A DNA stretch of 64,000 nucleotides from assembly GCF_963921235.1 (NCBI RefSeq), contig NC_086097.1, positions 155,994,001-156,058,000 of the forward strand, in the 5' to 3' direction. This document shows, one piece after another, positions 23,816 to 35,469 of this stretch; position 1 is the first letter of the stretch; each line of letters begins with the position of its first letter. The translations under genes and the position numbers were made by a program. Below the pieces are notes generated by a model. It saw only the letters and a list, made by a program, of their open reading frames with translations. It had not been told where the DNA came from and made no database searches. This DNA is from Mobula hypostoma. Taxonomy: Eukaryota.

Positions 23816-24286
23816 AGTGCGTGAGGCCTCTGCGGGTCAGGGTCCAACATGGAATTTGCATCCTTCCTGTCTAGGTACATAAGCCTCGTCAGTTCAATAC
23901 TGCTAAGGAATAGCAGAGACTGCCTTAGGGACTCCAGCTCCTGATTTTTGCCTCGGGGTTTACTCTTGAAGTTTTTCCCTTGAGTGGGTATAACTGCAAG
24001 GCAGCAAAGGTTTGAGATAAGAGTTTTTCTTCTCCGAGATGAGCGGTCAATCATGGCTGATGAGCCCCATCAGCCCGAAGTGACTGGTTTTACCTGCCTT
24101 TATCCCTTCTCCTGTCAGTAGAAATGGTTCCACCCGGCTTAGTAGCTAAGCCACATGTGAAGGCCAGGAGCTGGAATTAGCTGTCAGAGGCTATTTGAGT
24201 CGCATGCCACATGCCACTGAGAACATTTTATAGGTAGTGGGAGCTTGTCTCCACTCCCAGTCCCAGCTACAACAACCTGAAGGAAC
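23816..24286 (-). mobile_element. Non-autonomous RTE-like retroelement with 14-bp TSD
   Basis: caatagtatt(a/g)gtg at 23802-23815 and 24287-24300; minus-strand motif ctcggagaagaaaaactct...tcaaacc resembles RTE 5' UTRs (from memory); (CTCA)-like tail. Confidence 0.65.
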
Positions 24287-24339
24287 CAATAGTATTGGTG
24301 TATAATTGCATTGTTACCAATGACATAGCTGGGACTTGC

Positions 24340-25409
24340 CCCACCATTACTTATTTTTCATGTGTTAAAATGCATTCATGGGATTATGGTGGGATATTCC
24401 AGTTAGGTTATTTTTGCATTTTAGCTTGGGTTATACAGTTATCCACTTGTAATCTTGTGGGTCACTCTGACGGTAACCAGGGTGTATATTAACCACCTCC
24501 CCGGGTATGTATGCTCATCACATTGGTGCCAGGAGTGGGATTAGATATTGACAGTGATATTGTAGAGCTATGACATCAGATGGAATGCCTTAAGATCCGG
24601 AGAATAAGTCAAGGGACTGAGTGGTATACATCCCCCATACACTTGGGCTGGTCTCCCGAAGGTGGGATGCCAACCCGGAGGAGAACCTGGGAACCAAGCA
24701 TTGTGTCTTCCCAAGGAACTCTGATGGGGTGAGCATGCCCAGGCTCTGCAACCCAGGGCACACGGTTGAGTGCATCACCTACCTCCCTTGTGGCCCATGC
24801 CAGAAGAAGGGACTATTCTCCAAGCTGCACTCATGCTGCACTGGGATCGGTTGGCACCATATTGGCCCTTGGCCACCACCAACCCAGCAAGGCTGAAGGA
24901 AGGAAGTGACTTTCCGGGTGCCCTACCTTTTGTCTCACCAGCCAGTGCCTACCCTTGAGGGGCTCCAGACACCACCCTGCGCCCAGTCGGCAGCATCGAC
25001 CATCACCACCAGGACTCTTGGATTCTGGGGTTGCTGGGGATGGCTGATCTCTCAGGTGGGAGCAGTGCGGTGCTCTGGGGGCATGCTGGACAGCTTACCC
25101 CAGCACTCCTGGTGGCCAGCACTACTTATTGTTGTGTTAAAATGCGTTTGTGGGATTATGGTGGGATATTCCAGTTCACTTATTGCTCCATTTTAACATA
25201 GGTTATACAGTTATTCGCCTGTGTGTTTGTGGATCACACTGACTGTAACTGGAGTGTGTAATAATCACCTTCCCCATCTGTATGTGACTGAAGGAGTTCT
25301 CTCCCCAGGTCATAGTGCTCAGTCTGCTCTTGTTCTTGTCACAATAGAACTGGCTGTTGAGATAAACAAGCTTCTCTCGTCTGTCGTCATGGACCGAATG
25401 CTCGCCACA
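24340..25409 (+). mobile_element. Small two-LTR element (TRIM-like or deleted Gypsy) with tRNA-Leu PBS
   Basis: Direct repeats at about 24340-24522 and 25111-25409 (gtgttaaaatgc..tgggattatggtgggatattccagtt), both ending atgctc..caca; TGGTGCCAGGAGTGGGAT at 24524-24541. Confidence 0.75.
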
Positions 25410-26229
25410 ATAGTATTAGCATACAATATCATAACATTAACTAAAAAGGAGTGATGTTATCTTAACAAGTTCAGCTGTTATTGGTAACAATACTAATGCT
25501 GAGCCAGAGAGGGCCCAGTTTTGCACTCTTATTACTGAAATGAAATGTCAAATAAATGAACGTGCTCAAGTCAGCAGATTAGGACATGTGGAATCCCTTC
25601 TAGTCAGTGCTCTCAATATGTAGATGGAATTAATCTAAGCCCTACAAAGGTTTAATCAATGGTACTACATCATAAATATTGAAATGTAGCTGGAAGTCTT
25701 ACTGAAGGACAAAGCTCATGATGGTTTAATTGATTGCAGCTTCTTTAAGCACTCTGCTGTGGTATGTTGAAGAGACATTAACAGTAATAATTCACCTGCT
25801 AGAGTGAAACTGCAGAAGAGATGGACTTCAGAGCTAGAAGCTCCCACTGCTGCTTCCTTCAACTCCAACTAGATGCTTTGTAAGTTCCTCATCGTTGTTC
25901 AAGGAGAAAAGTGAGATAAACCAGATGTTTGGAACACAAAGCACAAAAAATATCACAAGAGCTAAAAAATGAAACAACAATAAAAAATGAAACATCAAAA
26001 ATGCAAAGTTAAACAAAATGCAGCTAAATCAATTCTGATAAAGTCTTTCAGTACAGAGCAAGCCCAAATTTATGTTAGATCGTAAAAAGTTTCAGCATCA
26101 GCTTTAAACTATCTCAAGGTGTACTCAAAGAAAAAATATGGCATAAAAAAGCATTTTAATTAAAGATATGAACACAATGTAAATTACTATTCAGCTTAAC
26201 CATTCAGATTTAAAAGAAATTTCTGGACG

Positions 26230-26760
26230 ACATGTAATGCTCAAAACTTCCTGGCTGCTTGCCTTCCCTGTCTCCTTTAACAGAATGTACATATATCCCT
26301 CAAAGCTCAGCTCAATGAAGTACCCATCGGATGTCTCTTATATCTATTTTTACCCATACTACAACTTTAGTAGCTCTTTCCCAATACCAGCTACTTTACC
26401 CATTATATTTCCCAGGAACTTCCTCTCTTAAACCAATGGCCCGAGTTCTAGACACCACCATCACAGGAACATGACTCATGCAACATACAATTTCGATGCT
26501 GTTCATAATTTTATATACCTCTATCATATCACTTCTGTCTCCTTTGCTCCACAGAAAAAAGACTGAGTCTATCTAATCACTCTGTACCCCCCAATCCAGG
26601 CAACATCCTTGTGAATCTTTACTGCACTCTCTCCAGCTTATTTACGTCTTTCCTGTAGTGCAACATTTTATACAACTGCAAGACATCACAAGTCATGTAT
26701 TTATTACCTCACCTAATGTCACATGCTCTCTTTAATATCCTGCCTGCAACTGGTTCAATT
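26230..26760 (-). mobile_element. Old CR1 3' fragment
   Basis: atccaggcaacatccttgtgaatct (reverse complement of RFTRMLPG). Confidence 0.65.
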
Positions 26761-27175
26761 TTCATGCACTGGTTACTCTTCTCACATATTCTGCAATTAA
26801 TCTTTGGATATAATTTCTAGTTCCCAGTGATTCAGTTTTGTAACTTTTCATTGTTATACGTTTATGGCCAGAATATAATCATGTTCATGCACAAAGAATA
26901 AAGAGCGCTATGTTACAGCCATTGAATATGAGTAGTGGAAATGGCAATTACATGCATTGTGCAATAGCCTCATTAATTATTCATACATTGTATTGATTAA
27001 GCTGCATTCTCTGTGGCAAAGATTATTGACCACCTGCCTATAAAAATATTGCTGAGAAATTATTTTTAAATTATTTTGAAGAGTGAACACTAAAAGGAGA
27101 AATTGTGCTATAAACTTTGATCTGTTGGAATATTAGTAATTTATTCAGAACTTTTGTTATTCTGAGTGGTCTTCC

Positions 27176-27485
27176 TGTCAGGCCTGCCTATGCCGGCTCC
27201 TCCTAGAGGCCATCCAACTAACAAGAGACACCTGCCACTCATTTGTAACTCATCACCTGCAGCCTATTTAATTCCAGCTCTCATTTGGGGTCTTTGTTTA
27301 CCTATGGAGCTAGCCTCAACTAGTTGTGTCTAGCCTACAGTCACCTTGTTGTACTTAGTAACTTCTCTCTTGTTTGTTACTCCTTGCTGCTTCTTGTTTT
27401 ACAGTTTATTGTTAAAGTTATTACTCTCTGATTAGTTGTCTCTGGTACTTTGCATTGAGTCAAGCCTCTTCTACAGTTCCTGACA
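27176..27485 (+). repeat. 5' LTR of the Gypsy element
   Basis: TGTCAGG...CCTGACA termini, internal tatttaa, followed shortly by a degenerate MDPA-type gag start (ttgaccctgcagag). Confidence 0.75.
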
Positions 27486-28708
27486 GGATGGGTGAATTGA
27501 CCCTGCAGAGTACGCTCACCAAAAGGACGTTGTCCACCAACACCAGAACATGATCCAGAAGCAGCAGGAAACCATTGACCATCTGCATGTCAATCTCAGC
27601 CAAATATCTGTTTCAATACAGCAATCTTGCTCCTGTCAGCCTCCTCCCTCAGATTCTGGTGGCCAAGTACTTTGATGGATCCCCATCCAAATGCTGCAAC
27701 TTCCTTTCCCAGTGTGTCTTACTTTAAGCTCGAATGCAGATATGCTGTTGGACCACCTGCCTGCATTGTTAGTTGACTTCATCTTGTGGGAACAGAGGAC
27801 CCTCTCTGCCCCACCAAATTCCCACAAGACTTCCATGAATTTGCCATCGCCTTCAGTAAAGGAAAGCCTGCAACCTGCCATCTCACAGGCAACATTACTG
27901 CATGATCAACCTCATCCCAGACACCATCTCTCCCCAGGGTCATCTGTTCTTCCACCCCCCCAAGAAGTAAGCCACGAATGACGACATTGCTGAAGCACTA
28001 CTGCATGACTTCAGTCAACCATCTCAGTCCTCAGCTGGTGCAGCATTCTTCCTTGCCAAGAAGAAAAATAGGGGTCTTTGTCCTTGCATTGTCTATTGTG
28101 GACTTAACAAAATTGCCATTAAGAACTGCTATCCTCTCCTCTCATCTTCACCAAACTGGACATAGGGAGTTTGTACAACCAGATCCACATTCCCCAAGGG
28201 GATAAGTGGAAGGTGGAGTTCATAAACACCCACTGGCCACTACAAATACTTATTGATGCCTTTTTGACTTTCCAACAGTCACTAATGAGATCATCCACGA
28301 CATGTTACACAGTTATGTATTCATCTACCTTGACGACATCCTTATCTTCTCCAAGGACCCCCAGACCACACTTGTCATGTCCATTTGGTCCTTCAGTGTT
28401 TCCTTGAAAACCAACTGTACTGTAAGTTAGAAAAATGCCTGTTCTACATCCCAGACACTTCCTTCATTAGGATGTTTCACCCCAAGGCTTAACTATGGAC
28501 TCAGAAAGTGTGTTCTATTGTTGAATGGAAACAACCACGCATCCTCGTACAGCTACAGCACATTTTGGGCTGCTTCAACTTCTACCACCATTTCTCAGAA
28601 ACTACAGCCAAATTGTAGCTCCTTTCACCTCCCATACCAAGTTATCTACCTTATGGATAACCTGGTCTTCTGCTGTGAATCACATTTTTATTTTGAAGAG
28701 CTCAAGAG

Positions 28709-29351
28709 CATTTACTTCAAGGGGAATAGAATATAAAAGCAAGGAGATAATGCTGAGGCTTTATAAAACACTAGTCAGGCTGCACTTGCATTATTGTCAA
28801 CAGTTTTGGACCCCATATCTCAGAAGTGATGTGTTGTCATTGGAGAGAGTCTGGAGGACATTTACAAGGATGATTCTGGGAATGAAGGGGTTAACATATG
28901 ATGAGTGTTTGGCAGCTTTGGGCCTTTCCTCACTGGTATTTAGAAGAATGCAGGGGGGATCTCATTGAAATCTCCTGAATGTTAGAATTTTTAGATAAGG
29001 TGGATATAGAGAGGATGTTTCCTATGGTGGGGGGGGGGGGGTATCCAAAACTAGAGGGCACAACCTCAAAATTGAGGGGCGACCTTTTTTAGAACAGAGG
29101 TAAGTAAGATTTTTTTTATCCAGAGAGTAGTGAATCTGTGAAATGCTCTGCTAAAGACTGTGGTGGAGGCCAAGTATGTTGGTATATTTAAAGCAGAAGT
29201 TGATAATTTCCTCATTAGTCAAGGCATCAAAGGATATGGTGAGAAGGCAGGTGTATGGGGTTGACTGGGATCTGGGATCTGCTATGATGGAATGGTAGAG
29301 CAGACTTGATGGGCTGAATGGCCTAATTCTGCTCCTATGCCTTATGGTCTT
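28709..29351 (+). mobile_element. CR1 3' fragment inserted in Gypsy pol
   Basis: AFTSRGIEYKSK...; Gypsy FEELKR|CFTT is split here, with aagag duplicated at 28704-28708 and 29352-29356. Confidence 0.88.
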
Positions 29352-30849
29352 AAGAGATGCTTTACCACCCCTCCCATTCTCTGCCTCTGACCGCCTCCAG
29401 ACCTTTTGTGGTAGAGGCGGACACATCTGCCATGGATGACGGGGTCATCCTTTTCCAATGAGGATGGGATGGGAAGACATACACTTGAGCCTTCTTCTCA
29501 CGCAAGTTCAACTCTACACAGCACCATTATAGAACTGCAGACTTGCCATTAAACATGCCTTGGAGGAATGGAGACATTGGCCAATGGGGAAACAGTGAGT
29601 CTTTCCTGTCGTGGGCTGATTAACAGAACCTCTCATTCATATAGCAGACCCACTAACTCAACCAATATCAGGCTTGCTGGCCCTCTTTTCCAAGGAATTG
29701 TACTTCACCTCCTACTGATCTGGTTCCAAGAACACTATAGGGGAAACCCTGTTATGATAGTTTGACCCAGCTGAAACTGAGTTTGACCTTTGGCCCATCA
29801 TTCCATCCTCTTAGGTCCACGCCCTGATCATCTGGGACCTTGAGAATCAGATCCAGCAGGCCCTACAACATAAACTTTCTCCAGCCAACACTCATGAAAC
29901 CCATATGTTCATGCCAGCATCTGTACACTCTTAAACTCTAGAGTGGGCCCACTCCTCATCCCTCTCCAGCTATCCAGGTGTACAATGGACTCTGGATTTT
30001 CTGCAACACCAGTTCTGGTGGCCCGCCATGAATGCAGATGTGTGTCAACACATCACTGCTTGCCTCAATGTGCCCAGTCCAATTCTTCCAACCAGTGGCC
30101 TTCTGGGCTCCTGTGACCCTACTGATCCCTCAACGACCATGGTCCCACATCACCATGGATTTCGTCATAGATATGTCACCTTCTGATGGGGCTATGGTGA
30201 TCATCACAGTACTGGACTGTTCTCCAAGGTGGTCCTCTTCATTGCCATCCCCAAAATTCTGTCAGCTGCTGAGATGGAGGACCTGGTTCTCCAGCAGGTA
30301 ATTTGCTTCTAGTGTTTCTTCAGGACATTGCTTTGGACCAGGGTTCACAACTTGCTCCTGTTTCTGGCAAGCCTTCTGTTTCCTCCTCCACTACTCAGTG
30401 AGTTTGTCCTCTGGGCATCATGCGCAGGCCAATCAGCAAGTGGAGAAGTTTCTGCAATGCTTTGTTGCCTCTAACCTTTCCACAGGGAAGAAGTATCTGC
30501 TCTGGGCCAAACTGTCTGACAATTTACATACTTCCTCTGCCACAGATATGCCACCCTTTGGAGAGCTTCATGGCTACCTACCCCCTTTTGTACCCCACAG
30601 AGGAGCCATTTGGGGAGGTCCTGTCTACCAGGATCCTGGTTTGAAATAAATGCTCTTGTGCTCATCAAAAGCGTGATCCACAGCAGATGACCAGGTTATC
30701 CATGAGGTAGGTGACTTGGTGTGGGAGGTGTGAGGAGCTACCATTTGGCTGTAGTTTCCAGTAAATGGCAGTAGAAATTGCAGAAGCCCAAAATGCACTG
30801 TAGCTGTATGAGGGTATTCAACAGTGGAACACACTTACTAAGTTTATAG

Positions 30850-33363
30850 GTCCCCTGGTAGCAGCAGAGATACAGTTAGCAGATTGGGAGGCAGATTTTG
30901 GAAAGGTCAAAAATAACAGGGTTGTTATCATGGGTGACTTTAACTTCCCTAATATTGATTGGCACCTGATTAGTTCCAAGGGTTTAGATGGGGCAGAATT
31001 TGTTAAGTGTGTCCAGGATGGATTCCTGTCACAGTATGTGGACAGGCCGACCAGGGGTTATGCCATACTAGATCTAGTACTAGGTAATGAACCGGGTCAG
31101 GTCACAGATCTCTCAGTGGGTGAGCATCTGGGGGACAGTGACCACTGCTCCCTGGCCTTTATAATTATCATGGAAACGGATAGAATCAAAGAGGACAGGA
31201 AAATTTTTAATTGGGGAAAGGCAAATTATGAGGCTATAAGGCTAGAACTTGCGGGTGTGAATTGGGATGATGTTTTTGCAGGGAAATGTACTATGGACAT
31301 GTGGTCGATGTTTAGAGATCTCTTGCGGGATGTAAGGGATAAATTTGTCCCGGTGAGGAAGATAAAGAATGGTAGGGTGAAGGAACCATGGGTGACAAGT
31401 GAGGTGGAAAATTTAGTCAGGAGGAAGAAGGCAGCACACATGAGGTTTAGGAAGCAAGGATCAGATGGGTCTATTGAGGAATATAGGGAAGCAAGAAAGG
31501 AGCTTAAGAAGGGGCTGAGAAGAGCAGGAAGGGGGCATGAGAAGGCCTTGGTGAGTAGGGTAAAGGAAAACCCCAAGGCATTCTTCAATTATGTAAAGAA
31601 AAAAGGATGACAGGAGTGAAGGTAGGACCAATTAGAGATAAAGGTGGGAAAATGTACCTGGAGGCTGTGGAAGTGAGCGAGGTCCTCAATGAATACTTCT
31701 CTTCGGTATTCACCAATGAGAGGGAACTTGATGATGGTGAGGATAATATGAGTGAGGTTGATGTTCTGGAGCATGCTGATATTAAGGGAGAGGAGGTGTT
31801 GGAGTTGTTAAAATACATTAGGACAGATAAGTCCCTGGGGCCTGACAGAATATTCCCCAGGCTGCTCCACGAGGCGAGAGAAGAGATTGCTGAGCCTCTG
31901 GCTAGGATCTTTATGTCCTCGTTGTCCACGGGAATGGTACCGGATGATTGGAGGGAGGCGAATGTTGTTCCCTTGTTCAAAAAAGGTAGTAGGGATAGTC
32001 CGGGTAATTATAGACCAGTGAGCCTTACGTCTGTGGTGGGAAAGCTGTTGGAAAAGATTCTTAGAGATAGGATCTATAGGCATTTAGAGAATCATGGTCT
32101 GATCAGGGACAGTCAGCATGGTTTTGTGAAGGGCAGATCGTGTCTAACAAGCCTGATAGAGTTCTTTGAGGAGGTGACCAGGCATATAGATGAAGGTAGT
32201 GCAGTGGGTGTGATCTATATGGATTTTAGTAAGGCATTTGACAAGGTTCCACACGGTAGGCTTATTCAGAAAGTTAGAAGGCATGGGATCCAGGGAAGTT
32301 TGGCCAGGTGGATTCAGAATTGGCTTGCCTGCAGAAGGCAGAGGATGGTGGTGGAGGGAGTACATTCAGATTGGAGGATTGTGACTAGTGGTGTCCCACA
32401 AGGATCTGTTCTGTGACCTCTACTTTTCATGATTTTTATTAACGACCTGGATGTGGGGGTAGAAGGGTGGGTTGGCAAGTTTGCAGATGACACAAAGGTT
32501 GGTGGTGTTGTAGATAGTGTAGAGGATTGTCAAAGATTGCAAAGAGACGTTGATAGAATGCAGAAGTGGGATGAGAAGTGGCAGATGGAGTTCAACCCGG
32601 AGAAGTGTGAGGTGGTACACTTTGGAAGGACAAACCCCAAGGCAGAGTACAAAGTAAATGGCAGGATACTTGGTAGTGTGGAGGAGCAGAGGGATCTCGG
32701 GGTACATGTCCACAGATCCCTGAAAGTTGCCTCACAGGTGGATAGGGTAGTTAAGAAAGCTTATGGGGTGTTAGCTTTCATAAGTCGAGGGATAGAGTTT
32801 AAGAGTCACGATGTAATGGTGCAGCTCTATAAAACTCTGGTTAGGCCACACTTGGAGTATTGTGTACAGTTCTGGTTGCCTCACTATAGGAAGGATGTGG
32901 AAGCATTGGAAAGGGTACAGAGGAGATTTACCAGGATGCTGCCTGGTTTAGAAAGTATGCATTATGATCAGAGATTAAGGGAGCTAGGGCTTTACTCTTT
33001 GGAGAGAAGGAGGATGAGAGAAGACATGATAGAGGTGTACAAGATAATATGAGGAATAGATAGAGTGGATAGCCAGCACCTCTTCCCCAGGGTACCACTG
33101 CTCAAGACAAGAGGACATGGCTTTAAGGTAAGGGGTGGAGAGTTCAAGGGGGATTTTGGAGGAAGGTTTTTTACTCAGAGAGTGGTTGGTGTGTGGAATA
33201 CACTGCCTGAGTCAGTGGTGGAGGCAGATACACTAGTGAAGTTTAAGAGACTACTAGACAGGTATATGGAGGAATCTAAGGTGGGGGCTTATATGGGAGG
33301 CAGGGTTTGAGGGTCGGCACAACATTGTGGGCCAAAGGGCCTGTACTGTGCTGTACTATTCTA
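30850..33363 (+). mobile_element. Young 5'-truncated CR1 (APE C-half, RT, 3' UTR); ORF2 pseudogene
   Basis: ORFs 30930-31610, 31607-32416, 32429-33052 and 33065-33310 tile ORF2; frameshifts at about 30907 and 31600; stops at 32414 and 33050; tatag duplicated at 30845-30849 and 33364-33368. Confidence 0.95.
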
Positions 33364-33959
33364 TATAGTTAAGCCTTGGGATGAAAAGTCCTAAACCAGG
33401 AAGGAAGTGTCTGGAATGTAGAACAGGAAACACTGAAGGACTGGACGGACATGACAGATATGGTCTACAGGTCCTTAGAGAAAATAAGAATGTCAGCAAG
33501 TTAGGCACACATACCTGTGTAGCATGTCGTGGATGATCTCATTAATGAAGGCTTGGAAAGTCCAAAAAGCATCTCCAAGTATTTGTAGTGGCCTGTGGGT
33601 GCTATGAACACCATCTTAGCTGCCAATCATTCCTACTGTTGCCAGGCTAACCGCTGTCAATGCCCAGCCAGACCATCCTGGTCCAGGGACCATGACTGGC
33701 TGTCCACTCTAGATCTGCCCCTGTGCACTGACTTCTGCATGCTCTCTCCGGTTCATTGGTGCCATCACATCAACCCAGTCACTTAACACTCCAGCTACCA
33801 CTGTGGCTCAGGATCACAGCTGCTTGCTACTGCCTCAAACCCCACTCAGCTCCTCTGAGCTTACACCTCTGGAACCTCGGGTGGCGGAAGGTGGTCCAGT
33901 GTACATGGTTCACCGGTTGATAGATTCACGTCCTCATGGACATGGTCGACTGGGAAGCA

Positions 33960-34330
33960 TACATTTGTCCATTACTTTTGGTTCATATCCCTCCAAACAT
34001 TTCCTATCTACAAACCTGTGCGAGTGTTTTAAGTGTAATTGCACCTGTCTCTCCACATCCCCTGACTCCTTGTTCCATATCCCTAAACACCTTTCAATTA
34101 TTACTCTTTCCCCTTTCATCTTTAACTTGTGCCTCTAGTTTAAGACTCCTTAAATCTTGAAAAAGATTGTGACTTTTCTCTATCTATTCTCATGATTTTT
34201 AAATATCCCTTTAAGTTACCCCTCAGTTCCCTTCTCTCAAGGAAAAATGATTAAAGCCAATTCAGTTTGTCCTTTAACTTAAGTCCTCAGTCTCAGTAAC
34301 ATCCTTGTGAGTATTTTCTGCACCCCTCTA
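33960..34330 (-). mobile_element. Old CR1 3' fragment
   Basis: Degenerate reverse complement of the CR1 C-terminus (taacatccttgtga...ttctgcacc). Confidence 0.6.
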
Positions 34331-35469
34331 GCCATATTTGGAATGAGTTAATAGAAACTGGCAAATATAAAAAGATATCAAATGCTGCAGAACCAGTATC
34401 ACAACTTGCTGACATAATCTGCAGTGGTCTGAAGTGGGGAATGTTGTTTGCTTGGACTTCCAATAAGTTTCAATAATTTTTCACAAATTAAAATAGGAAC
34501 TTGGTATTTATTGTAATGATGAAGTGTTCAGTGGTGTTCATGTATATGTTACATACTATGACACTTGTATAGATAGTTTATCTACATAACTTATACGAAG
34601 GTATCTCTCCCATAATGGAAAAAAGTGTAGGTAAAATTTTGAGTTCTCCTTGCATAATTATTAATTTTCATGTTGCTTATGTTAACTACATTAAGCCATA
34701 AGCTCAATGATTCATGGTGACGAAAGGTATTTTATTATTTCATGTTTAGCAGTTTATTATGGTCATTAAAGTAATGTGTTCCAGTAACTGATTTCAAAGA
34801 TAGATGATTTGTTAAAAGCCTCAAACATTTCACACTTCTTTCAAAATATCATACTTGTAAAGGAAATTATGAATACATTGCTTATGCACAGAAAATTACA
34901 GCCAGTTAACACCTGAATGTTTAGATTAAACCTTGTTCTATCAAGTAATTGACAATCGACATTCTGAGTCAATTAATTTAATTTTGAGGAAGTTTCAGTT
35001 TGGAAAACGATTGACATTTAATTGAATGAAAATTTTGTTCTGCGTCAGATCCTCCTGCAGGTCCTATATATAAAGTGTGTGCAACTTAATTAACAGGAGA
35101 GGTGATAACCTCCTTTTATAACTACCATCATGATTTGTCACAGAAAGTACTTGCTTTCATTCTGATTTGTTTAACAACTTCAATGCCATTTTTTTTGAGT
35201 TTTAGTTAAAAACCATAATATTCAAATACATTACTGTCAGGAAAATTACAGAGTATACTGTGGATGTTTCAACAGTCACATGCCTTGATCATATTAACTG
35301 CATAGTTATCCAATTTCCACATGTAAAATGGATCTGGCTTGACCTAGCTGATGACCTGACACCCTGACTTGAAATATAGATTAGAGTTTTGAGGGATTAT
35401 TGAATTGATATTGCTTATTTTGAAAGAATTAAGGTGCATCTAAAAGCATACCACCCAAGCTGTAAAATG

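Larger units (their letters stand above)
27176..33950 (+). mobile_element. Decayed sushi-like chromoviral Ty3/Gypsy LTR retrotransposon (5' LTR, gag, RT, RNase H, integrase, chromodomain start); interrupted, no 3' LTR seen
   Basis: GLxPCI.Y.GLNKIAIKNCYPL (about 28070-28140), VFIYLDDILIFS (about 28316), PQRPWSHITMDFV (about 30128), GGPVYMVHRLIDSR (about 33890). Confidence 0.88.

Noticed and set aside
24055..24085. CTGATGA...GAAG as another hammerhead
   Set aside because: The GAAA box is absent and CTGATG is sequestered in a hairpin with CATCAG; no stem I or III.
29028..29042. Long G run
   Set aside because: Homopolymer expansion inside a dead CR1 fragment.
34586..34604. loxP-like sequence (TATACGAAGGTAT, 12/13 match to a half-site)
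   Set aside because: Only one half-site, with no 8-bp spacer and no complete inverted arm; chance match in AT-rich DNA.
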